NCBI GenBank assembly: GCA_918234285.1
Contig: CAKJXZ020000010.1
Location: 1 to 64,000 of the forward strand
Length of the DNA stretch: 64,000 nucleotides
Reading direction: 5' to 3'
Origin: Pseudomonadota bacterium
Lineage (GTDB): Bacteria > Pseudomonadota > Alphaproteobacteria > RF32 > CAG-239
The position numbers and the translations under genes were made by a program. Under the pieces are notes generated by a model. It was given only the letters and a program-made list of their open reading frames with translations. It had not been told where the DNA came from and searched no databases. Shown here piece after piece: positions 18,160 through 27,600 of the stretch (position 1 is its first letter; each line of letters begins with the position of its first letter).

Positions 18160-19161
18160 TTATCTTACTTTTCCCGTGTGGGATCTGTCGGTTAATGCTT
18201 TTACTGTACCATATATTTTATCCTGCGGAACTTCATTCCATTTATCATCATGTTTCAAATACAAGCGTCTACCATGATATTCGTTTAATTGCTTAATATT
18301 ATAAACGGTAGGATTGCTATGATTATAATGTTCTAAAATATATTCTCCGGCATCATGAATACGAGCAATAGATAATGGATCTTCAATATCAGATGCCAAG
18401 AATGTCGGCTTGTTAATTTTCAAAACAGATACATCGGAAGGCTCGTTATTATTTGAATAAATTGCGTTTTTAGGATCATTAGGATCTAAACGACTGTCTA
18501 TCAGCAGCGCTTTAGTTTGAAGCTGAGCATTATCATCTACTTGTTCGATTTCGCTTTTTCCGGTCATTCCGTGTTTAATTTTTGCCTCAACCGCAGGATT
18601 TGTCGCCATCATAATGCAATTGTGCTCGGTCGGCAGGTAATGATGCAAGTGCGCACCTGAACTCATTGCTTGGATTAATTCTAAAGAATATTGCCCCCGT
18701 AAATTCGGAATATTTACGTTAACCCTGATTTTACCGTTTTGATCAATTAAATCACGCAATCTGGAACTAAAACCATCCATGTCTTTCAATGCAGCAGATC
18801 GCCAAAAAGAATCTTTAGATTTTTCAGCTGTTTGAGCCGCTTTTAGTGTATTTTTTAAAACAGAAGTTAAAAGAGTTTCTCCGGTTACCGGTGAAGGTGT
18901 ATTGATTGTGCGATTAAATTGTTCTTCTGAAATAATCCCTTCATCACGGTATTTACAAAGAGCATCAACAACACGGAATGCGAGATTGTATGAATCGGGA
19001 GACGGTATACTGCCGGTAACATCGGGAGATATGGTTGTTGCCATTTCCTTTGTATTTAAAATTTCAGGATTTTCTTTTAAAATCTCAATACTGTGATTTT
19101 CTGCGTTCCATGTTAAAGCAACCAAAAAATCTTCAGCTAATTTTTCATAATCTTTATCCAT
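18160..19161 (-). CDS. Hypothetical protein with degenerate ankyrin-like motifs
   Basis: INTPSPVTGETLLTSVL and VNVNIPNLRGQYSLEL; ends GKVR. Confidence 0.6.
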   Translation of the reverse strand: MDKDYEKLAEDFLVALTWNAENHSIEILKENPEILNTKEMATTISPDVTGSIPSPDSYNLAFRVVDALCKYRDEGIISEEQFNRTINTPSPVTGETLLTSVLKNTLKAAQTAEKSKDSFWRSAALKDMDGFSSRLRDLIDQNGKIRVNVNIPNLRGQYSLELIQAMSSGAHLHHYLPTEHNCIMMATNPAVEAKIKHGMTGKSEIEQVDDNAQLQTKALLIDSRLDPNDPKNAIYSNNNEPSDVSVLKINKPTFLASDIEDPLSIARIHDAGEYILEHYNHSNPTVYNIKQLNEYHGRRLYLKHDDKWNEVPQDKIYGTVKALTDRSHTGKVR

Positions 19162-19451
19162 CTCCTGTCTCCCCGTTAGAATCGTTAACTATAATTTTAT
19201 TCTACCCCCCTTATAGACAAAAGTAAAGCATTTTTTGCAAAAAAAATAAAGTCATGCCTATTTTTTCGCAGTATGCGGAAAAATTCAAGGCATCTACCGC
19301 TTTTTTTATAAAATTTGAAGATCCTCTGAATTTTTTGCTTTCAGCAAAAAATAGGGGTGACATTATTGAAAAAAGTCCGATAGAAAATGAAAAAATGCTA
19401 TCTTTGGGAACTAAACAATCGGACTTCGCGAGAAACAACCCTAACAATGCA

Positions 19452-19862
19452 AAAACCGTTCCTCTCGGAACGGTTTTATAAAATGGTGCCGCTGAATACG
19501 AATGTCCTTCGGCGATAAAATCGCCTCACGACACGTCGGCTGTGGCGCTCTAATGCGCGCCACCACCTCCGCTCCGCACTTTCGTATTGCTGGCGCAATC
19601 ATCGAAAGTCCGTTTCTCCCCGACGATACATTTAAAACAAAAAAGGCCGGCATCAACCGGTCTTTTTTATTTTAATGGTGCCGCTGAACGAATGTCCCCT
19701 TCGCTAAAGCTACGGCGACACGTCGGCTGTGGCGCTCTAATGCGCGCCACCACCTCCGCTCCGCACTTTCGGATTGCTAACGCAATCTCGTCGAAAGTCC
19801 GCTTCTCTCTGTGATACGAATTAATAAAAAAAGACACCCTCTCGGGTGCCTTTTTTTATTAA
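19452..19862 (-). repeat. tRNA-linked tandem repeats (two units of about 190 bp)
   Basis: tRNA 3' end tggtgccgctgaa at 19484, 19676 and 19863; shared core of about 55 bp; a terminator-like hairpin after each. Confidence 0.85.
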
Positions 19863-19937
19863 TGGTGCCGCTGAAAAGAATCGGACTTTCGACCCCGTCA
19901 TTACCAATGACGTGCTCTACCACTGAGCTACAACGGC
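19863..19937 (-). tRNA. tRNA-Thr(GGT)
   Basis: gccgttgtagctcagtggtagagca...cgtca-ttGGTaa-tgacg...cagcggcacca cloverleaf. Confidence 0.93.
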
Positions 19938-20102
19938 ATAATCTCTATCCGCGCATCTTAGGCGCAACAATTACAAAATACATAGAACTTTTTAAAAATC
20001 AATCACTTTTTTTATATTTTTGCAAAATTTATGTAAAATTTTTACTTTTAAGCCTTAAAATGGCAAAAAAATTAGTGTCTGAACAACATATAGAGGTCTG
20101 AT

Positions 20103-22193
20103 ATGTCGGCAAAAAATTCAAAAAATAAGGCAAATAACACCATTGTTATGGTAGAAGAAGAAAACGAAAGCTGGTTTACCAACGGATTACACCGTTTTAT
20201 CATTGTTTTCAGCGTAATGTGGTTTGCGATTGTGGCTGTGTATATTTCCAAATTTTTCGGTTGGGATAAGCTGTTTTCCATGTTGCCGAACGAATTCAGC
20301 GGATTTATGGCCGGAATTACTTTGCCGCTCGCCATTGTTTGGGTGATTATGGCCTATATCGACCGTGGCAGCAACTTCAAAAACGAAACACGGATGTTGC
20401 GCGACTCGCTTAGTCAGGTGATTTTTCCGGATTCCAACGGCAACGAAGCCAGCAAATTGATTGCCGCCGCCATCAAAGAGCAAGTTTCGGACCTCAAAGA
20501 AACGACTCGTGATGTTTGCGCGCAAAGCGATGTGATTAAACGCGAACTCACCGAAAGAGTGGCGGAAATGCGCTCGTTAACCGAGGCTTTGGATAAGTAT
20601 TCGTCGCAAACTTTGTTGGAACTCAACGACGAAATCAAAAAGCTGATAGAAAACTTTAATCTGGTGGCAGATAAAGCTTCTTCCACCATGGCAGATTTTC
20701 GGGTAAACACCATACAGATGCGTGAAGACGGCGAAAAAATCGTCGGTTTGCTTACTCCGATGGTCAATGAAATGGTTACTGCCGCCGAGCGGGTCAAAGA
20801 GGTGGTTAACGTTAATAACGAAAATATTGCCAAAGCACAAGAACAGCTCAATCAATATTCCGAAACCAGCCAATCGTCCATCAGCAAAATGATAGAATCG
20901 TGGGCGGCAAAAGGCGAAAATTTGGAACAAACATATCTGCGGGCTTCCGAAAACTGCGAAGAACTGTTCCGGCGTCTGGATTCCGGCATTTCGCACATTG
21001 AAAACAGCATAAAAGAACAAAAACAGGTGGTGGAAACTCAATCCGGTATGATTGATAAAAACTCGGCCTATCTCGACAACAAGCTCGGCGAATACGGCCG
21101 CTTAATCAGTATGGAAGTTGCGGCGATGGTCGAGCGTTCCGGCACTTTGGAGCAAAATATTCAAAATCATATCAAGAGTATTAAAGAAACCTCAGACCAA
21201 GTGGCGGAAGCCTTCGGTTCGCTCGGCGACGAAGTTGCGGCAAAGCGCAAGTTGCTGGAAAGCGAAAGTTTGCAGGTTGTCAATAATATCAATATGACGG
21301 TAAACCGTTTGGGCGAAGAATTAAATCGCCTGCAGGATTTTTACGGCGCCACCCAAAGCAAAAACAGCGAATTCAATCAGGTGTTTGACAATGTAGCGCA
21401 TAATTTGCACACCATCAGTGACGATTTAAATAAAAACGTTGAGAACTTCAGTGCACAAACCGGAGATATTTTCATTAAGTTTAACGAAATCAACAACGAA
21501 GTGGGTAATAATATCACCAAACTCAACGAAAGCGCCGAAAATATCACAAAACAAAGCAAAACCAATTCCGAATTGCTTTTAGAACAGGATGCGTTTGTCA
21601 ATAAATCGATGGACGGCTTGAAGCAAATTACCGGTAATATCGCCGCGCTCAACAAAGAGCTGGTAAAAACCGGCACTGCCGTTGGTACAACCTTAAGCAA
21701 ATACGAAACCAAAATGAACGGGTTTGAAAAACTCATCGGCACCCATTTGGATAATCTGCGCGCCGGTTATGAAAAAACCGAAAAACAGGTAGATACGCTC
21801 AATAAAAAACTCAAAGCGGCAAGTATCGATACATTTATGCGCAATTCGGCCGATTTAATCAACGAGTTAGAGGCTATTTCTATTGATATTAATGCTATTT
21901 TCCATAAGGCTGACGAGGATTTGTGGAAAAAATATTATGACGGCGATCACGGTGTGTTTGTGCGTTATCTTTCCAAGAATATGACCAAAAAACAGGTGGC
22001 GGCAATCCAAAATGATTATGCCGATAAAAGTGATTTTCGGATTTTAGCGGATAAATATATCGAAGATTTCAATAATTTGGTAGCGGTAGCACGGGAAAGT
22101 GAGCGCGCCGGCACATTGCTCGCACTTATTTCCGGCTCCGATATCGGAAAAGTTTATTACATTTTAGCAAGGGCGTTGGGTAAAGTAAGTTAA
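20103..22193 (+). CDS. Membrane-anchored coiled-coil protein, TipN/GPR-like polar landmark
   Basis: Two N-terminal TMs, long coiled coil, C-terminal LW..Y..G...VF...F......YI..F...SD.GKVY..LA.A motif. Confidence 0.6.
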   Translation: MSAKNSKNKANNTIVMVEEENESWFTNGLHRFIIVFSVMWFAIVAVYISKFFGWDKLFSMLPNEFSGFMAGITLPLAIVWVIMAYIDRGSNFKNETRMLRDSLSQVIFPDSNGNEASKLIAAAIKEQVSDLKETTRDVCAQSDVIKRELTERVAEMRSLTEALDKYSSQTLLELNDEIKKLIENFNLVADKASSTMADFRVNTIQMREDGEKIVGLLTPMVNEMVTAAERVKEVVNVNNENIAKAQEQLNQYSETSQSSISKMIESWAAKGENLEQTYLRASENCEELFRRLDSGISHIENSIKEQKQVVETQSGMIDKNSAYLDNKLGEYGRLISMEVAAMVERSGTLEQNIQNHIKSIKETSDQVAEAFGSLGDEVAAKRKLLESESLQVVNNINMTVNRLGEELNRLQDFYGATQSKNSEFNQVFDNVAHNLHTISDDLNKNVENFSAQTGDIFIKFNEINNEVGNNITKLNESAENITKQSKTNSELLLEQDAFVNKSMDGLKQITGNIAALNKELVKTGTAVGTTLSKYETKMNGFEKLIGTHLDNLRAGYEKTEKQVDTLNKKLKAASIDTFMRNSADLINELEAISIDINAIFHKADEDLWKKYYDGDHGVFVRYLSKNMTKKQVAAIQNDYADKSDFRILADKYIEDFNNLVAVARESERAGTLLALISGSDIGKVYYILARALGKVS

Positions 22194-23155
22194 TGACGTT
22201 TTTGAATTTTGACAGCAAGGTTTTTATGGCGCCGATGGCCGGAATTACCGATGCTCCGATGCGAACGATTTTAGCATCTTGCGGCGGCGGCAATCTGATT
22301 TCGGAAATGGCGGCGATAAATGCTATTCAGCGCAAAAATCCCAAGAGCTGGCAAATTGCAAACGTCAAAGATGAGCCGTATCCGGTGGTAGTGCAATTGG
22401 TCGGCAACAGTCCGGAATTATTCACCGATGCGGCAAAATTGATAGCTGACTTGGGAGCACGCTCCATTGATATAAATATGGGCTGTCCGGTCAAAAAAAT
22501 CATCAATAACGATTCCGGCTCAGCCTTGATGCGTGATTTGCCGCGGGCGGCGAAAATTATTGAAGCAACGGTTAAAGCAACCCCGCTTAAAGTAAGTGTA
22601 AAATTTCGCAAAGGCTGGGATAACGAACACGTTAACGCGGTGGAATTCGCAAAAATGTGCGAACAAAGCGGTGCATCATATATTACCGTACACGGACGTA
22701 CGCGAGCACAAGGCTACAGCGGTGTTGCCGATTGGGAAATAATCGGTGCGGTTAAAAATGCAGTCAAGATACCGGTTATCGGTAACGGTGACATCGACTC
22801 GCCGCAAAAAGCCAAGCAAATGTTGCAAAAATACGGAGTTGACGGTATTATGGTAGGGCGTGCCGTTTTGGGAAATCCGTGGCTTTTGAATCGCATTCAT
22901 CACTATTTACAGACCGGTAAAATTCTTGCCGAACCGAGTACTGCGCAAATTAAAGAAATGATGTTGAAACATTTGCGGCTGTTAGTGGAATATTACGGTG
23001 AGCGCGGCGGTGTGGCGATTTCGCGCAAACACGTCAGTTGGTATGTAAAAAGTTTGTATGATGCCAAAAGATTTCGCGAGCAATATACCAAACTGAACAC
23101 CTTGCAAGAAGCGGAAGATTTAATTAATCAGTATTTTTTGAGGATAGAACCATGA
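22193..23155 (+). CDS. dusB: tRNA-dihydrouridine synthase B
   Basis: APMAGITD, IDINMGCP, HGRTR, GNGDI motifs. Confidence 0.93.
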   Translation: MTFLNFDSKVFMAPMAGITDAPMRTILASCGGGNLISEMAAINAIQRKNPKSWQIANVKDEPYPVVVQLVGNSPELFTDAAKLIADLGARSIDINMGCPVKKIINNDSGSALMRDLPRAAKIIEATVKATPLKVSVKFRKGWDNEHVNAVEFAKMCEQSGASYITVHGRTRAQGYSGVADWEIIGAVKNAVKIPVIGNGDIDSPQKAKQMLQKYGVDGIMVGRAVLGNPWLLNRIHHYLQTGKILAEPSTAQIKEMMLKHLRLLVEYYGERGGVAISRKHVSWYVKSLYDAKRFREQYTKLNTLQEAEDLINQYFLRIEP

Positions 23156-24522
23156 AAATCGTAGTCGGAGGCGCCGGAGGCGTCGGAAAAAGCATTGTCG
23201 GATACTTGAGCTTAGGTAACAACGATATTATTGTTGTTGACGAGAATCCCGAAAACCTGAACGAAGTGGCAAAAGAATATGATGTGCAACCGGTTTTGGG
23301 TTCCATTTCGCGGCCGGATATTCAAGAAAATATCGGTATGAAAAATATCGATATGCTGATTGCGGTAACCGAAAGCGACGAAGTAAATATGGTAGCGTGT
23401 CAGGTGGCCTATTCTTTGTTCAACGTGCCGCGCAAAATTGCCCGTGTTGATTCGGAATATTTTTTGAATCCGCTATGGAATACGCTGTATAACGAAAAAA
23501 GTCTGCCTATTGATTTAATCATAACTCCGGATATCGAAATTGCCAAATTCATCGACAGTTTGCTTAATTTTCCGGGAAGTACGGGGGTTTTTCCGTTTTT
23601 GAATGACACGGTAAACATTTTTTCTTTCCGGCTGCAAACCACGGAATTTCCGTTCATAAAATTTTCGATTAATCACATAAATCAAAAACTCCATGAGTTA
23701 TCCGCCCATATTGTGCTTATTGTTCGCGGTAATCGCCGAATTTTACCTAACAGCAGCGAAGATATCAGATTACAACGTAACGATATTATCTATATCAGTT
23801 GTTTTTCGGAACAAAATACCGAGATTATGCGTTTGTTCGGTGTAGACCATAATCCATACGAAAAAATCGTTATTTTCGGCGGCAATTCTATTTCGTATTA
23901 TTTGGCTACGCAAATTGAAAAAAATGACAATATTACCAACTGTCGTATTATTGAAGATGATGCTCAAGTTGCGGCAAAACTGGCAGAACGTCTTAACTCT
24001 ACCGCGGTTATAACCGGAGAAATGATGAGTGATATTATTTTGCAAGATTCCGGATTTGCCACTGCCGATGTCAGTATTGCCGTTACCGAACACGATAAAG
24101 ACAATATGCTGTTGGCACTGCTTGCTTCACGTAATAAGGATACGCAAGCAATCTCTCTGGTTAATTCCAAAGACTATAACTTGTTATCGGCAAACCTGCG
24201 CGACAATGTTATAATCGACCGTTCGGTTATTACAATTTCGGCCATTTTGAAATATCTGCGCAAGGCGCGAATCCGTGAAGCTTATTCCATCGGCAAGGGT
24301 ATGGGTGAAATTTGGGAAATCAGGCTCGGCGAGGACAGTATAAACTTAGGCAAAAGCATTGCCGAATTAAAAATTCCGGGAAACAGCGAAGTTATGCTAA
24401 TCGCCCGCGATGACGAATTGATTTATGACTTTGCGGAAATCAGGCTGCAAGCCGATGATAAACTTTTGGTTTATGTAACTCCGGATAATATCCGCCGCAT
24501 TGAGCAGATTTTTTATTTATAA
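23152..24522 (+). CDS. trkA: Trk potassium uptake regulatory subunit
   Basis: Two RCK domains; GAGGVG, AVTESDEVNMVAC. Confidence 0.92.
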   Translation: MKIVVGGAGGVGKSIVGYLSLGNNDIIVVDENPENLNEVAKEYDVQPVLGSISRPDIQENIGMKNIDMLIAVTESDEVNMVACQVAYSLFNVPRKIARVDSEYFLNPLWNTLYNEKSLPIDLIITPDIEIAKFIDSLLNFPGSTGVFPFLNDTVNIFSFRLQTTEFPFIKFSINHINQKLHELSAHIVLIVRGNRRILPNSSEDIRLQRNDIIYISCFSEQNTEIMRLFGVDHNPYEKIVIFGGNSISYYLATQIEKNDNITNCRIIEDDAQVAAKLAERLNSTAVITGEMMSDIILQDSGFATADVSIAVTEHDKDNMLLALLASRNKDTQAISLVNSKDYNLLSANLRDNVIIDRSVITISAILKYLRKARIREAYSIGKGMGEIWEIRLGEDSINLGKSIAELKIPGNSEVMLIARDDELIYDFAEIRLQADDKLLVYVTPDNIRRIEQIFYL

Positions 24523-24540
24523 TCTTTAAGTTATTGTTTC

Positions 24541-24576
24541 AAAGGTGTTTTTCAATGTTGGGGAACACCTTTTTTT
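24541..24576 (+). terminator. Intrinsic terminator
   Basis: aaaggtgtt...aacaccttt followed by T-run. Confidence 0.65.
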
Positions 24577-24659
24577 ATGAATTAATTGCGATGTTTACCA
24601 AAACTTAAATTTTAGCCGATATACTGCAACGGTAGTACTACCAGGAAAGGATTTTTACA

Positions 24660-27600
24660 GTGTTTAAAAACACACTATTTTCAAGAGCAGTAGGACTTTT
24701 AACGCTATATGCGTTTTCGTCTGCCGTGTTGCCGCATCCCGCTCGTGCCGAGAGGGGGTTGGCGCCGATTTCTTTTGACGAGATGTATTCTCTGGCTGAA
24801 AATGGTGAGGTTGAAGCACTGCGAGCCTCAAATTTCCGCGGATTAAACATCGATTCATTAAATTCAGACGGTGACACCGGTTTGTGTATTGCCGCCAGAA
24901 GACATGATGTATACACTTACAATTCTTTCCGTGCAGCAGGAGCCAATCCGCGACATCCTTGCACACAAAAGATATCCGATTACAATGATTTTTTGGAAAA
25001 AAGCAAAGTTGTCGGCTTAGAAGGCACTTCACGTGAAGCTCTTTCTGCCATGGGCAACAAAGAAACATACAAGGTCGGTTCCAGTTTATGGTGGTGGTTA
25101 GGCGGTGCAGTCGTAGCCGGCGGCGCTCTTTGGCTTATTTTGAGCCATCATCACGGTGGCAGTCATGATGATTCCGGTTCCGGCGGCGGCAATATAGATC
25201 CTGACTACAACAGTTTGGGAGCCAACGCATATTCGCACGGCGGTGCCTTGTACACGACTTACGGATCTGCCAAAAACAAGTCAAATCTCAGTTTCGATAA
25301 TACCGAAATGAAGAATCTCGATACCATTGACTTACGGCGAAATGCTTTGAAAAATACCGACTATATCAAATCAATATTATATGCAGAAAGCGGTGGTTCT
25401 TATGTTAATGACGTTGATACTTTGCTCAATGTCGGTGTTGGCACCATAGGTATGAATGCCGTGAAAAAAAGCACCATCAATAATGACGGATATATAAAAG
25501 TTGACAGTGTTAACGCCAGTGTTGGTATGGTAGCAAGTGAAGGTTCTTCGGCAGAAAACCATGGTTCGGGTATTATTACCAGAGTTGCGAATCCGAACGG
25601 TATCAATATGAACTTTTCCGGATATTCCGAAGATGCGACCATTGTCGGTATGTATGCCGATACCAAATCAAACATAGCTAACTATGGTGATATTTACGGC
25701 AGAGCTATCAAATCAGCCAAAAAAGAGAGCACCGATGAAGATAAATCGGATACAAATACGGGTGCATCATCGCAAGATACTGTCCCTATATTGTTTACCG
25801 ATGCAGTCGATAATTTAATCACCCTTGATGATGGTGATGATCAAGAAAAACCATCTCAGGTTACCTCAAGCATAGGTACGCTTATAGGTATGGAAGCGAT
25901 GATTTTAAACGTGGGCAGCAGTCTTAAAAATGATAAAATAACCGTAATAAATGCCGCAAACGGAAACATTTATCTCTCGGCCGGTGACAGCGGTACGACA
26001 GAAGAATCCATAACCGTAGAACTTATCGGTATGGGCAGTTATTTGGATGATGCTTTTCTAAACGGCTCTTATATTTTAAGCCGAGCCGAAAGCGTTGTTC
26101 TCTTAAATGAAGGCACGATTAACCTGAGTTATTCCGGTAATTACACCGCTTCGTCAAATACGGCTTTGCGTAAAGGTTTGGGCGGCATTGTCGGTATTCG
26201 TGCCGATGCTAATGCCGAGGCGGAAAACAAGGGTATTGTTAAAATTGTTTTACAGGACGAATTCCAAAACGAAGGTGTTAATGTAGCGGCAGGTATGCAA
26301 TCGGTTCACGGCAGCAATTTAACCAACAGCGGCGAAATCACTATTTTTACCCCGTCTGAAAACAAGCGTATAAACTACGGTATGTTGGCGGTTGAAGGTT
26401 CCGGTACCAATTCCAGCCTTTATGCCAACCTTCATCCGATATTGACAAACACCGGAACCATCAGCACACAGGTCAGTAATAGTTTCGGTATGGCATCGTT
26501 TGTCGGCGGTAAAGTCATCAACGAAGGTCGAATTATTGTCGGCGGTGAAGAAACCCGTTTTAACAGTAATATTGCGATGTACGGATATGGTAGCACCGAA
26601 AAGGCCTTTTTGGATAATTTGGGCACCATTGATTTATATTCTTATAATTCTATCGCCATGCAAAACGATTATGCCGGCGGCACCGACTTAATTAATAACG
26701 GCTTGATAAACGTTTATGAAAGTGCGGTTGATTCCTATGCTTTCGGCGGGGCATACAGTAATTTGTATAACAACGGTACTATTGATTATCGTGCCACTTC
26801 AAGCAAACAAGAGGATACTGCCGGCACAGGCATAGCTTATAATCCTTTTGCAAATTACGTAATTTCCATCGGTACTTCGATTATGAGCAGTAAATCACGC
26901 TCGGTCAAGGAAGATACCGTTGATTATAAATCGTCCACCACCGAAGCGCTTTATAACAACAGCGACCATTTAATTGTTATGCGCGGTTCTTCTTATGTTT
27001 CGGCGATGTCGGTTGAAAAGAATGATAATGCCGAAAGTACACAAGCCAAGGCCTATAACAACGGCACCATACAGATTGAGGACAGATTAACTTTTAACGC
27101 AACCAATGCCGTCGGTATGTATATAGGCAACGGTTCGTTAAATAATGCCGGAATTTATAACAATTCCATAATTACCACTAACTCGCTTTTTTCGGCGGCA
27201 ATGGCCAGTAATTCCACTAAAAATGCCGATGTAATCAATAACGGTACCATTACAACCCGAAAAGAAAATTCTTTGGGTATATATATTTCCGATGTAAGTA
27301 ACGTTATTAACAATAAATATATCAACATACTCGGCAATAACAGTGTCGGTATGCAAGCCGGTTACTCCTCGGGGAGCGCACAGACGAAAGATTATGTGTA
27401 TCCGTATATTACCAACGCTAAAGACGGTATAATAACTGTGGGCGGAGTTTTGGAAGAAGAACATGTGGAAAATAGTTTCGGAATTTATGCCGATATCGGA
27501 GCAAAAGAAAGCTATACTTCTCTGGCGGCACAAATCAAAAACGACGGATGTATCTTTTTATATACCAAAAATATCGGTGCTGCTATTTATTCCGGTAGTA

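Noticed and set aside
19484-19862. tRNA-linked repeats as CRISPR or extra tRNA genes
   Set aside because: Only 13 nt of the tRNA end recur, no cloverleaf forms, and the intervening sequences are near-identical.
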